Shown one piece after another: positions 16,437 through 31,490 of a stretch of DNA of 64,000 nucleotides. The translations under genes and the position numbers were made by a program. The stretch is taken from positions 50,964,001 through 51,028,000 of the forward strand of contig OX597832.1 in NCBI GenBank assembly GCA_951406725.2, in the 5' to 3' direction. The stretch comes from Octopus vulgaris (Eukaryota). How positions within the stretch are numbered: position 1 is the stretch's first letter; each line of letters opens with the position of its first letter. The notes below the pieces were generated by a model. The model saw only the letters and a list, made by a program, of their open reading frames with translations, was not told the DNA's origin and searched no databases.

Positions 16437-16985
16437 GGCATGTGTGTGTGTATATATATATGTACTCGAAAGGAGTAATTTTACTCGTGACATAGGTTTC
16501 ATGCTATTGCGATCATCAGGTGGTTTATTTATATATGGTTCTATCTACATCTGCATGTATATATATAATATTATATACATACACACATACATACGTATAT
16601 ATATGTATGTATTTATGTATGTATGTATGTATGTATATATATACATATATATAACTTATAAATAAGGGCCAAAGTAAAAAATTTCTGTGCTAAATATGCC
16701 AAGAATAGACTTTAAATCGTCAATAGCCACATATAATTAATTCATCACTATAAGCATTATAAGCAATTCATCGTCTCCTACATATATATATATATTGAAA
16801 AAAATAGGATAAAATCTTAATAAGAAATTATCAAGTAGTTAGCGTGAAAAACCTCATAAGAGAAAAAGAAACTGTAAAATTTTTTCTTTGAAAATATTTA
16901 TTTATATTATATAGAGGGCACGATGACGGCGACGGTTGTCCACCTGGTATGATGCTTTTGTTTATTTATGATATATTTTGGATTC

Positions 16986-17049
16986 GCTTCACTGAAGAGC
17001 AAGGGACGCGTATAACGCGTTAATTGCGAAATCACGGGTGATATGGAGC
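16986..17049 (+). ncRNA. Type I hammerhead ribozyme, canonical core
   Basis: GCTTCA-CTGAAGA-GCAA[..ACGCGT ATA ACGCGT..]TTGC-GAA-ATCAC GG GTGAT-A-TGGAGC. All three stems pair and the core nucleotides are intact; predicted cleavage after AUA at 17043. Confidence 0.8.
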
Positions 17050-17165
17050 TAAATTCTGTTTTTAAATGACTCGCTTTGAGAATTGCATTTGGTACAATTT
17101 GTTTATATTTGGTAGTTATGACTTTAAGAGTCCCTCCTACCGTGTGGCATTTATGTGTAATAATG

Positions 17166-17283
<118 letters not shown>

Positions 17284-17447
17284 TATCCACTTTTTGGCAT
17301 TTCTGTTCTTTCCTTTTTTTACGTGGTTTGCTATTCTACTAGTTTTTTCTTCCTCTTTTTCTCGCACTTTCTCTCTCTCTCTCTCTCTCTCCTTCCTTCT
17401 CTCCCTCTTTGTGTATGTTGCATGTACTTATGTGTGTGTGTGAGTGT

Positions 17448-17479
<32 letters not shown>

Positions 17480-17809
17480 CTGTAAGTGCGCAACAATTAA
17501 CGCGCAAAGTACATGTAAGATACATAAATATTTAACTGTAATATATATTATTAATTTTAATTTTAGATAAATAATACGTTCTACATTAAGTATTGATCGT
17601 TCTGTGTTTCTTTCTACGGTACAAAAGGTATTTTGAGGAACGTAGCAGTGTGTATAAGTTTGTGTGTCTGTACGTACACGCACGCACGCACACGCACGCG
17701 CGCACGCACACGCACGCGCGCACGCACACAAACACACCATGCACATATATATATGTATGTATATAAATGTTCACATTTCTTTGTCCCCCTCTCCGTCTTT
17801 CTCTCCCTT

Positions 17810-17856
17810 TCTATCCATCTATCTATCTATCTATCCATCCATCCATCCATCCATCC

Positions 17857-17904
<48 letters not shown>

Positions 17905-17980
17905 GTCTGTCTATCTATCTATCAATCTATCTATCAATCTATCTATCTATCTATATATCTATCTATCTATCTATCCATCC

Positions 17981-18036
<56 letters not shown>

Positions 18037-18118
18037 GTCTGTCTATCTATCTATCAATCTATCTATCTATCTATATATATATTTCTATCTATCTATCCAT
18101 CCATCCATCCATCCATCC

Positions 18119-18187
<69 letters not shown>

Positions 18188-18325
18188 CCTATCTATCTAT
18201 CTATCTACCTACCTATCTATCTATCTATATATCTATCTATCCATCTATCTAGCTAGCTTGCTAGCTAGCTATCTATCTACCCATCCATCCATCCATCTAT
18301 CTATCTATTTATCTATCTATCTCTA
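17810..18325. repeat. (TCTA)n/(TCCA)n microsatellite
   Basis: Read directly. Confidence 0.95.
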
Positions 18326-18398
18326 TTTTCTCTTTTAGTCACTGCCTCTTACTCTTTCGTTGTTCGCTCTCTCTCTGTATTCCTCTTATTTCTTTCAA

Positions 18399-18453
<55 letters not shown>

Positions 18454-18589
18454 TTCCTAATTTTACCTTTCTTCTCTATCACTCTCTCCTTACACACTCT
18501 CTATACCTTTCCCTTTCAACCTGTTTTTTTTTAATCGCAATTTTTCACCTGTCCTCTCTCTCCCGAATCGAAAAACCATTTTACGATTT

Positions 18590-18725
18590 TACAACCGAAT
18601 GTTGGATTGACGTCATTACATCTCTGGTCTAACTCACTTCCCATTGTCCCGAGACTGACCAATCAAAGGTTCGCCGACAACCACTTCTGTCCAGCCATTT
18701 TTTTACCGTCTCCATCCGCCCGTCG
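18590..18725. promoter_or_regulatory. Candidate promoter/enhancer island
   Basis: Perfect CRE TGACGTCA (18608-15), CCAAT box GACCAATCA (18657-65) and YY1-like GCCATTTT (18694-701); CpG-retaining and flanked by (CT)n tracts. Confidence 0.35.
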
Positions 18726-18884
18726 TTTTCTCCTATCTCTCTCTCTCCCTTTCTCCCTCTCTCTCTCTCTTTCTCTCTCTCTCCCTCTCTCTCTCTATTT
18801 CTCTCTCCTTCTCACTTCCTCTCCCTCTCTCTCACCCACACGAATTCTCTCTGTTTCACACTGTCACTTCAGATTCTTATCTCA

Positions 18885-18957
<73 letters not shown>

Positions 18958-18976
18958 CCTCTCTTTCTCTCTCTCC

Positions 18977-19031
<55 letters not shown>

Positions 19032-19595
19032 TCAAGACACATACACACACACATATACACACACACATACACACACACACACACGTGTATCAGTATGTAT
19101 ACCTATGGCGGGAGTTGGCGGAAACGGTGGGGTGCGCGGATAAAATACCGTGTAAGGGACATATTCACTCGCTTTTATGATCTGAGTTCAAATCCTACAC
19201 AAATTGACACACTGCCTATCATCCTCAATGGGGTTGGTAAATTAAAGCACCTATTTCAAGTTCTGCAGCCGATACAAGCCACCATCCCATGCGTGGCAAA
19301 TTAGTACGCACGCGCAAACATATACATATGTATGTGTGTGTGTGTGTGTGTGTGTGAGCAGAAGCTACAGAGTGACGGAAGGGTCGAGAGTTCCATACAC
19401 TGGCACTTATCAATGCACGAGACCCTCGGCCCTTAGGTCACTCCGAAAGTTCTGTCGATAAACAATAAAATACACATACACACACATGCACACACACACG
19501 CACACACATACATGCATACATACATGCATACATACATACATACATATATACATACATACATATATACATACATACATGTATATATATATACATGC

Positions 19596-19745
<150 letters not shown>

Positions 19746-19797
19746 CGCTAGCCACTACACATTCTTTATTTTCTCTCCTTGTTTCTTTTCTGTGTTC

Positions 19798-19833
19798 CTT
19801 TCTGTGGAAGAGCGTTGGCTCGAAACGTTAAAG
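19798..19833 (+). ncRNA. Minimal hammerhead-like motif, A6U core variant (same family as 16030-16065)
   Basis: CTTT-CTGTGGA-A-GAGC GTTG GCTC-GAA-ACGT-T-AAAG; flanks are homologous to the 15957-16085 unit. Confidence 0.62.
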
Positions 19834-19935
19834 ACTTTTCACTTCCCGAGCGTTATACTAATACATCTGTTTGTTGTCTACACCACCTGTCTTCGTCTTT
19901 TGTATTTTTGTGAATTCTCCCTAGAAATATATATA

Positions 19936-19972
<37 letters not shown>

Positions 19973-20047
19973 TTGTTTCAGTCATTTGACTGCGGCCATA
20001 TACCGCCTATATATTCTTTTATTCTTTTACAATGATAATATATATAC

Positions 20048-20113
<66 letters not shown>

Positions 20114-20223
20114 CTTGTTTCAGTCATTTGACTGCGGCCATGCTGGAGTACCGCCTATATATTCTTTTATTCTTTTACAATGATTTAATCATTCGACCAC
20201 TACCATACTGTAGCACCGCCATA

Positions 20224-20331
<108 letters not shown>

Positions 20332-20360
20332 CACATATATATATATATACATATATATAT

Positions 20361-20432
<72 letters not shown>

Positions 20433-20582
20433 CTTGCCAAACTATTTATGATTAGTTTTCCTTCGTCAACAGCCTGGTCCTGGTTCTAGATACTAATTCT
20501 CATCTGTAGCCATTTCATTTTTACCCAAACACACTACAACTCTTAAGAAAGGCATTTGCGTATATATCTTCATCCCCACTTC

Positions 20583-20642
<60 letters not shown>

Positions 20643-21536
20643 CTTCTGCTCACTTCATCCCTCTCTCGCTTACTCTTTCTGTCTCTGGCCCTTCGTATCG
20701 CCCCTAAATGTTACGGATTGCTCGTAAGGAATCCCTTGTACATATATTTCAAAGCCGTTGATTTACATGCAGATTTAGAATACATGTTCGTCTATGTATA
20801 CACCTATCTAAATTATATACGTCTGCACGTATGCATGTATGTATGCATACATGTATGTATGCATACATATATGCATGCATGTATATATGCATTATACACC
20901 TACGTATGTATTGTATGTATGTATGTATGTATGTATGTACGCATCTATGTATGCGATATATGTGTGTGTCTGCCTTTATTCGAGCATGTCAAAACACACA
21001 TGCATACAATGTGTAATTTATAGTATGCACACGTTCACACAAACACGCACATATATATATGCCTATATACCTACGTATATATATATCATATATATTTGTA
21101 TACATAAACACACACTTATATATGTGTACGTTCATGTGTATATGTGTGTGCGTGTGTGTGTATTTATATATACGCATATATTCATTATATATATATATAC
21201 ATGCATATGCATACATATGCATACATACATTTGTGTGCGTGTTCGTGTATGTGTGTGTATGTGTGTGTGCGTGCGTGTGTATTTATATATACGCATATAT
21301 TCATTATATATATACAAGCATATGCATACATGTTCATACATACATTTGTGTGCGTGTTCGTGTATGTGTGTGCGTGTGCGCGCACGTGTGTTCGTGTGTC
21401 TGTGTGCGCGCACGTGTGTTTGTGTGTGTGTGTTTGTTTGTGTGTGTTTTTGTGTATGTGTGTGTGTGTGTGTCTCTGTGTGTGTACGTGTGTGTGTGTG
21501 TGTGTGTGTGTGAGTGCATACCTATGTACATATATA

Positions 21537-21740
21537 CGAGGGTTTCTGAAAAGGGTAAAAGAAAATACTGGAGGATCGGTTAATTATGATTTTATTCAAC
21601 ATATTCCCCTCTCAGATTCACACACTTATTGCAGCAGTCCTTCAGTTTCTCTAAGCCCTGTAAAAGAACCCAGAAGGTTGGGCCCCCGACCAAGCATTTC
21701 ACGACACCCTTAAAGCCAGGAACTTTTCAGCGCCACCTCG
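21537..21740. mobile_element. Mariner-type MITE (second copy)
   Basis: TA-flanked, homologous to 7823-8037. Confidence 0.78.
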
Positions 21741-22887
21741 TATATATGTGTGTACGCGCGCGCTCGGGTGCATGCATGTATGTTTACATTAATGTATGTA
21801 TGTATGTATGTATGTATGTATGTATGTATGTTTGTATGTATGTATGTATGTATGTATGTATGTATTATGTATGTGTGTGTGTGTATGTATGTATGTGTGT
21901 GTATGTATGTATGTATGTATGTATGTATGTATGTATGTATGTATGTATGTATGTATGTATGTATGTTTGTTTGCATCTATGTATGTATGTATGTATGTAT
22001 GGATGGATGGATGTATGTGTGTGTACGTGTGTGCATGTGTGTACGCGAGATTGCACAAATACGTTCGCTGAAAGACAAGACGGTCAAAAGAGGTAAAAAA
22101 AAAACTCAACACGTGATATTGAGCATATATTTCCGTGCATCAAGCTGATTGCGCTACGAACACACAGACACAAATTCATACATGCATACACATACATACA
22201 TACATACATACATACATACATACATACATACATACATACATACATACATACATACATACATACATACATACATACATACATACATACATACATACATACA
22301 TACATACATACATACATACATACATACATACATACATACATACATACATACATACATACATACATACATACATACATACATACATACATACATACATACA
22401 TACATACATACATACATACATACATACATACATGCATACATACATACATACATACATACATACATACATACATACATACATACATACATACATACATACA
22501 TACATACATACATGCATACATACATACATACATGCATACATACATACATACATACATACACACATACATACATACATACACACATACACACATACATACA
22601 TACATACATACATGCATACATACATACATACACACATACATACATACACACATACATACATACATACATGTATATATATACACACACATACACACATACA
22701 CACACAACACACAGAAAGATATTCTATTTTTATATATACATATATATACGAAGGGGTGCATGGCTAAAAAGTGTGTGCAATTGTAAAAAAAAGGGGCGGT
22801 ATGCGATCTGTGTGTATATATGTGTGTGCATGTGTGTATGTGTGTGTATTTGTGTGTGTATTTGTGCATGTGTGTGTGTATTTGTGT

Positions 22888-22960
<73 letters not shown>

Positions 22961-23791
22961 TATGTGTTTGTGTCCGTGTGTCTGTGTCTAAAGACGTATG
23001 CAGTCGCAATTTCGACGTACATGGCAATACTACTGCAAAACTGATGGCGAAAGCCAAAAAAGGAAATTCACTCCATATTTAGACTTAAAGGAAGTAGTTT
23101 ATAGAAGTATCAGCAGCAGCAGCAACAACGGCAGCAGCAGCAACGGCAGCAGCAACAGCAGCAACAACAGCAGCAACAGCAGCAGCAGCGCGAGCTAACA
23201 CCCCCCTACACACATATACACACACACACACGTACACACATCTGCTTTTTCTCTGGTTTTTCTCTTCTCGGGGAAACACCAATGGATTTCAGTGTAACAC
23301 GTAGTGATTGGGTCAATTAGAATTTGCACGTTTCATTTAAATGATTGGGCGAACGGCAAAGATACGCTGCTGCACGCTGCATGTTGCAAGCCGAACGTTT
23401 GTATTTTCGTATGCACACAGCATGCATCCTCGTGCACATGTGTACGCGAGTAAAGAACCGTGTTTACGTGACAGAGATTTGCACATGATATGGTGCAGAC
23501 GTATATCTTTTCATGTTATCCTTGTGATGCAGTCGTTGCACTGCGGCCATGCTGGGATAACAACTGGAAGGGGTTATTAATCGAACAAATCGAATCTTAG
23601 TGTTTATTATTTTTTTTTTATCCATCTATTTATTTATTTATTTATTTATTTATTTTTGTTAAGTCTGGTACTTATGCTATCGGTGTGTTTTGTCGAACCG
23701 CTAAGTTACAAGGGCGTAAACAAACCGTCACCAGTTGGCAAGTGGTCGGTGTAGAGAAAAATTAAAAACACAAAGACACACACACACACAC

Positions 23792-23822
<31 letters not shown>

Positions 23823-23967
23823 TGTATGTATGTATGTATGTATGTATGTATGCATGTATGCATGTATGTATGTATGTATGTATGCATGTATGCATGTATG
23901 TATGTATGCATGCATGCATGTATGTATGCATGTATGTATGTATGCATGTATCTATGTATGTATGTGC

Positions 23968-24030
<63 letters not shown>

Positions 24031-24559
24031 TGTATGTATGTATGTATGTATGTATGTATTATAAATTTTTCCCTTATAAGGTTTCCACGCTGTCTATTTG
24101 ATAAATTCTTATAAAGATATTATCCTATATTTAAATGACGAACTTCCACACAATTTCCGTCTACCAAATTAACTCACGAAGCAATCAATCGACCTGGGGT
24201 TATAGAAGACGACACTTGCCCATGGTATTGCACAATGAGACTGAACCCGAAACCATGCTGTTACGAAATGAGCCTCTTAACCACGCAGCCATGCCTGCAC
24301 CAGGGCTTCAAAATATTTCCCTCCCTCTGTCTATTATGTTTGTATGTCGTCATGTAATTCTTTAATTTCACTCGATTCTACCTAGATGGTGGGGTAACGA
24401 GGGCTGCGGAGGCGCTTACCCAATTACCAAGGTTGTCTTAAGCGAAGCTATATGAATACGCTTCGCTTAGGAATCGAAACCGGGTTGCAGATTTGCCCCA
24501 CCAAGAGTTTAACCTCTATTCACGATGTTTGTCGGTGTGGCTTCATATTTCTCATTGTA

Positions 24560-25028
<469 letters not shown>

Positions 25029-25219
25029 CGTGTACATGCATGTCTATTATTACTGTTGTTGTCAAGGCCGAACCGTTAAGTTCCAAGGGCGTAAACAAAC
25101 CGTCACCGATTGTCATGTGGTCGGTGTGGGAACAAACACAAACACACACACACGATCACACATATACACATCTACACACACAAACATATATTACGGGCTT
25201 CCAGACAGTTTTCTTCTGG

Positions 25220-25604
25220 AAGAATCGTTAGCACGCCTGACGAAATGCTTAGTGATATTTCGTCTGCCGTTACGCTGTGAGTTCAAATTCCGCCGAGGTC
25301 GACTTTGCCTTTCATCCTTTCGGGGTCGATTAAATAAGTACCAATTACGCACTGGAGTCTATATATTCGACTTAATCCGTGTGTCTGTCCTTGTTTGTCC
25401 TCTCTGTGTTTAGCCCCTTGTGGGTAGTAAAGAAATTGGTATGTCGTCTGCCGTTACGTTCTGAGTTCAAATTCCGCCGAGGTTGACTTTGCCTTTCATC
25501 CTCTCGGGGTCGATAAATAAGTACCAGTAAAAGACTGGAGTCGATGTAATCGACTCGTCCCCTCTCCCAAAGTTTCAGGCTTTGTGCCTATAATAGAAAG
25601 AATT

Positions 25605-25605
<1 letters not shown>
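25220..25605 (+). mobile_element. SINE family B (Meta-domain-like) nested/dimeric copy with trinucleotide tail
   Basis: GAGTTCAAATTCCGCCGAGGTCGACTTTGCCTTTCATCCTTTCGGGGTCGAT..AAGTACCA occurs twice; runs into (CAT/TAT)n. Confidence 0.8.
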
Positions 25606-25646
<41 letters not shown>

Positions 25647-25685
25647 GTCGTCATCGTCATCGTCATCATCATCATCATCATCATC

Positions 25686-25726
<41 letters not shown>

Positions 25727-26144
25727 CATCATCATCATTATCATCATCATCATCATCATTATTGTTGTTGTTATTGTTGTTGTTATTATTATTATTATTA
25801 TCATTATTATTATTCATATTGTTCATCATTTACATGTACGTGCGTGTTCATCATTATTTTATTTATTTCATTGAATTTTAGAAAAATTGAAGCATGCCCT
25901 TTACAATTCCAGAGTCTATTGAACTTTTGGTCCACCCTATATTATATAATGTATTATATTATATTATATTATATTATATTATGTAAGATAACTACATATT
26001 TGTGATCTGTATTTCGTTTCACTTATAAATTCCATGAATAGATTGCGTTTATAGTGTGATATCATTAATTAATTAATTGCCGAATACAGAAACATATGTA
26101 ACATGTAATAAAGGGATGCGAATTTCATACCGTTTTTTCTCTCA

Positions 26145-26181
<37 letters not shown>

Positions 26182-26545
26182 TACATACACATATATAAAA
26201 AAATATATATATATATATATGGTGGTGGGGGGAATGCTTTCTAATAAAGTTAAGATTTTTTTATTTTACGGAAATAAGTTTTCAATTAATTCAATATGTT
26301 AAAATATGAAACGAATTTTCACCCGCCGCAATAAATTTGTATTAAAATTACATCTTTGATTCATTCTTTATCGTTTATACAAATGGTGGTGAGGTCGATC
26401 ACTTATATAAGGCACCAAACTTGTAGTAATATCACCATTTCACATTCGATTTGGCGTTCGGCAGGGTTTTTTGTTTTTTGTTTTTTTTAATCTCTCATCG
26501 ATATTTCTCTCACCATAACACTTCACTGAGTATATAATAAACTTG

Positions 26546-26988
26546 GGATCTTTTCGGTTTGAACGGCAGTTTTTCTAGGGGTGTCATATGAAATTATCAC
26601 CCATAATTATGACCCTAGTATCGATCAATTGCACTTCAATCTGTTTTAGGGTTAGGGTTAGTTGGGGTTAGGGTTAGGGTTAGGGTTAGGGGTGGGGGAA
26701 GGGTATCTTTTTTTCTTCACAAATGTAAATAAACCCAATCTGTTTCTTAAATGAGGGACATATTCATATGGCACAGAATGTTTTGTACCTCAATAGACGT
26801 CATTGATTGGTTGAAATTGCAGAAATTGAAGAAAAGAAACAACAAATATCTTACAAACTATAGAATTTTCTCAATAAAGCCAAGAGAAAAATATGTTTTA
26901 TAAACACATTCTACCAGTATACGGAGTTTTAAACTTTTTAGTTACCTAGAAATTATGTTAAAAACTGCCATTCAAACCGAAAAGATCC
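26546..26988 (+). mobile_element. TIR MITE (GG...CC ends, 8-bp TSD; Merlin- or MULE-like) with internal TTAGGG repeats
   Basis: ~29-bp TIR GGATCTTTTCGGTTTGAACGGCAGTTTTT; degenerate TSD TAAACTTG/GAAAGTTG; three copies in the window. Confidence 0.82.
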
Positions 26989-27585
26989 GAAAGTTGTTTT
27001 GTCTAAAGAAAATTTGAGTTTAGGACTGCAAACTCATCAGTGTTCTAAGGGTGGATGCATAGGTCAAGATGTAATAAGCTTCTAAAAAGGAGTCGACAAC
27101 TTGGTTTTAATTTTCTATGAAATCTTATTTTAGCTCACGTTATTAACGTCGTACAGAAATTGGAGAACGTCGTGCATTCCTTTTACGGTCTTCGTGATCA
27201 AATTTTTAACCTCTAACGTATCGAAGAGAAATTATACAATTCTTTCTTGCTTGTCGTTTCTATGACATGGAGGCGAAGTGATTACGAGGTGTTGCCATAT
27301 GAACACCGCTTTATTAGCTCCTTAACAAAACCGATTCCGAGAGCCGGAGAGAGAGAAAAAGAAAGAGAGAAAGTATGGAATAGAAGTTGACCCCTAGTAT
27401 TTCACTGGTGCTTTATTTACCGACCCCGAAGAAATAAAAGGCCAAATCGGCCTCAGAAAGAATCGAACACAGAATGTGGGAAAATACGGCACGATATGCT
27501 ATCCGATCCGCTAACACTTACAACTAATTGCTGCTTTAATTATTCAATGACCTCTGCTTACAGCAATCGATATAATTAATATAAT

Positions 27586-27668
27586 ACCTATTTACAACTA
27601 ATTGCGGTCATATAATACCTATTAACAAGTAATTACCAGCAAACACTACCTATTTACAACTAATTGAA
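27586..27668. repeat. 31-bp degenerate tandem repeat
   Basis: ACCTATTTACAACTAATTG-like units at 27586, 27617 and 27648. Confidence 0.65.
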
Positions 27669-28384
27669 CTGAAGCATTAAGAACATTGATCGTTCTTTGG
27701 AAATAGGACCCGGTCCAAAATGTTAACGCTCTCTTCTCTCTCGGCACATTTTCCATTTTCTAAAGTTAACGGAATTTATCTTAGTTTCCAGACACAGACC
27801 ACTACTAACCTCTTTGAATTTGAGTGGCTGTTTACCTTTGGATCCATATCATTGGATTCGATCCCAAGTTTTGCTACATAGAAACCACAATTTGATCATG
27901 TACGCAAACCCAATTTTTATCCAATGAACGGCTGTTATTCATGTGGTAAGTCATGTAGACTTCCCGTGAACACAGCTTATAAGTACAGTCAAATTTACCG
28001 CCAATTTCGCAGAGTGTCGCAGACGTCAGAGTCGCCATGACGTTCTCCACTCTCGCCGGATTCAGAGTGTCTCGAGTCGAGTTGGTGTACACTCTCCTAA
28101 TAGCTGTTTTTACTACTGCGTACTCAACCTGGAATGATCGAAGACACAACACGACACCTGAATATGTATTTGATATGTAAAAAAATTAACCCAAATGTGA
28201 AGTTTCTAACAAAGACTTTCTGTACGTGTTATATTACACTATTACGGAGATGTTCTTGCATAGCAAGTGGCCTGATCTGAGATCGTGTGCTGGAACGAAA
28301 ACAATTGCAGCGTGGAAGGTGTTTATAAGCTATTTAAGAAACACACAAAAAAACCGTTAGATTCACTTCAACATTTAAATTTAA

Positions 28385-28435
28385 TTTGCCAAAATATTTT
28401 CGTCGCTTTGAGACCGCGACCTGTTCACTGACAAA
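28385..28435 (-). ncRNA. Minimal hammerhead motif with G3-C8 covariant core
   Basis: Reverse complement TTTGTCA-GTGAACA-G-GTCGC GGTCTCAAA GCGAC-GAA-AATATT-T-TGGCAAA, inside a 220-bp unit (28241-28460) flanked by the direct repeat ATATTACACT. Confidence 0.65.
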
Positions 28436-29263
28436 ATTCCGTGCTGCATCTCTTTGGCTCATATTACACTGTTTTATCTCAATGTATCTAATAATTGTGT
28501 CGCATGAACACCTTTCCTAATAATGTAGCAAATAAATTATTTTCTCATACATAAAGAAGCCTTTTTTGTTACAGATCTTTTAGAACTATATTTAGGAAGG
28601 ACATGTGGAGAGTTGTGCTGATCTGGTGATAGTGTATGGACAGTTGACTCTCGAGGCAGTGAATACACTTTTAAACTCATTAAAAACCCATAGAAATAGA
28701 TAGCAACTTCTTACAGAAGAAAAACATTTCAGGTTTATACAACAAAGAAAACGAGGCAGACTTAGTGTGGGCGAATAACCTGCTAGAAATAGGAACCAAG
28801 TCTCCCTAAATTACATCCTGCTATCTTATAAAAGAACACATTGGATGATATGATCATAGCTATTCTGCACCAAAATAACATTTTTAAAAAGGGATAATTA
28901 CATTTGAAATATCTTTGGACGTGGCTAAACTGGGTTTATACAATAATATAGGAATAGAAGGAGGATTGCTAAAATAAACAATAGAGGTGCTAGTTTTATT
29001 GGCTACAATATCTTCTGTATAAAACTTGGTCGACAATTCAAAGTAATTTTTTTCTTTTAAACTAAAGCTAACAGATAAATTCAGTTGACGTATTACTTAT
29101 GTGGCTTTGAACAATATTTTCTTGGCGTTGCAGTGACAGCGTAAGGTGAATCTGGCCAGAATTCATGAATCGAAATATTAGAGGCAGTTCGGTATCTGTA
29201 TCTTGGTGTCGGAAACTTAGTGTATATTTCCTACATTTCTTTGCACTTCAACACTATATACGC

Positions 29264-29299
<36 letters not shown>

Positions 29300-29304
<5 letters not shown>

Positions 29305-29490
29305 TACGCTCTTTTAATATTTCAGTCATTTGACTGTGGCCATGCTGGAACACCGCCTTTAGTCGAGCAAATCGACCCAGGACTTATTCTTTGTAAGCCT
29401 AGTACTTATTCTATCGGTCTCTTTTTGCCGAACCGCTAAGTTACGGGGACGTAAACACACCAGTATGTTGGGGGACAAACACAGACACAC

Positions 29491-29546
<56 letters not shown>

Positions 29547-29711
29547 TCGACGGGCTTCTTTCAGTTTCCATCTGCCAAATCCACTCACAAGGCTTTGGTC
29601 GGCCCGAGGCTTTAGTAAGACACTTGCCCAAGGTGCCACACAGAGGGACTGAACCCGTAACCATGTGGTTGGTAAGCAAGTTACTTACCACACAGCCACT
29701 CCTCCGCCTAT
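29300..29711 (-). mobile_element. SINE family A
   Basis: Consensus match. Confidence 0.82.
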
Positions 29712-29959
29712 AGATATATATTCCGACGAAGCTACAGGGTTATACACAAGCACTCAGCTATGAATGCATTGCATTTTAGAGCAGAAACAGCTATGAGCTA
29801 AAGACGTTCGCTACATCATTTCTCGTCCCCTTGTCATTTATTTAATTCCATATTACACTCTGTACTCGACTAATTCTTTTTTTCTGAAGTATTTGTATAC
29901 TGAATTCTTACACCAGGTTATTAGCATCGCTATGCCAAAGCGAAATATCAATAAATAAA

Positions 29960-30745
<786 letters not shown>

Positions 30746-30857
30746 TTTCCTTTTCAGAAATTCAGACAAAAATTAGACATTTTTTTTTTATATTATTATT
30801 TTTTTTTCTTTTGCCAGTTTTTATTTACGTATGTCTTCCTTTCTATTATTATTTCAG

Positions 30858-31191
30858 CTCGCGTCGGAAGCGCTGGTCTTAGCGTGACGTTGCTCGTGTG
30901 CCCCATCTTCACAGTGATCTGCCGACGGAAATCTCCTCGCATGTGTGCCATTATTGGGGGCATGATTTCGTCTCTTGGTTGCCTCTTTATGGCCTTTTCA
31001 AACCAAATGCAACACATGTACATCAGTCACAGCCTAGTGTTTTCCGTCGGGTGCGGAATTACGTCTACAACGGCCAATATCATGCTCGGTCGATACTTCT
31101 GCCGACGACGAGAGATTGCTGAATTGATAGCCATGACAGCAATAGGTGTAGGAGCAACCATTATGTCCGTCCTATTCCGGCTGCTCATAAG
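30858..31191 (+). CDS. SLC16/monocarboxylate-transporter-like MFS protein, internal coding exon (TM2-TM5)
   Basis: Pyrimidine tract + AG at 30856-57, donor GTCAGT at 31192; phase 1 in, phase 2 out. Translates [28 protein letters not shown]...[22 protein letters not shown], containing the MCT-family YFxxRRxxA motif. Confidence 0.92.
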
Positions 31192-31490
31192 GTCAGTATG
31201 TATAAAGAGTAGTGAAGTGTAGAAGGAAACCATTCCTTTCCGCTTTCTCTTCTTCATTTCTTTTCTCCATTTTTTCCTTTCTTCTCTATTTTTCTTTTCT
31301 TCTCTCTTTTTTTTTTCTTTTTTACTTCATCTTCTCTCTTTGTTGTGATATGAGTGAGATAATGTGCGTTGAGTGAACTTTATCTGAGAACGGTTTCAGT
31401 TATCATTGCAACGGTGTCATCACAGCTGTTACTAATGCCTCTGAAGTAGACATAGACGTAACACAGGTATGTATCCTGCAGGATAACCAA

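Noticed and set aside
26647-26690. Telomere or chromosome fusion site
   Set aside because: It is a short TTAGGG run internal to a multi-copy MITE.
27882-28190. Possible 64-bp phase-1 exon (27882-27945) or short hydrophobic ORF MTFSTLAGFRVSR...
   Set aside because: The peptide does not resemble the MCT TM1-TM2 region, the acceptor is weak and the ORF is short; cannot be supported without transcript data.
29723-29798. Hammerhead-like CCGACGA-A-GCT...AGC-A-GAA-ACAGCTAT
   Set aside because: Too many deviations (U4C, broken stem III, G at H17, no stem I); at most a dead relic.
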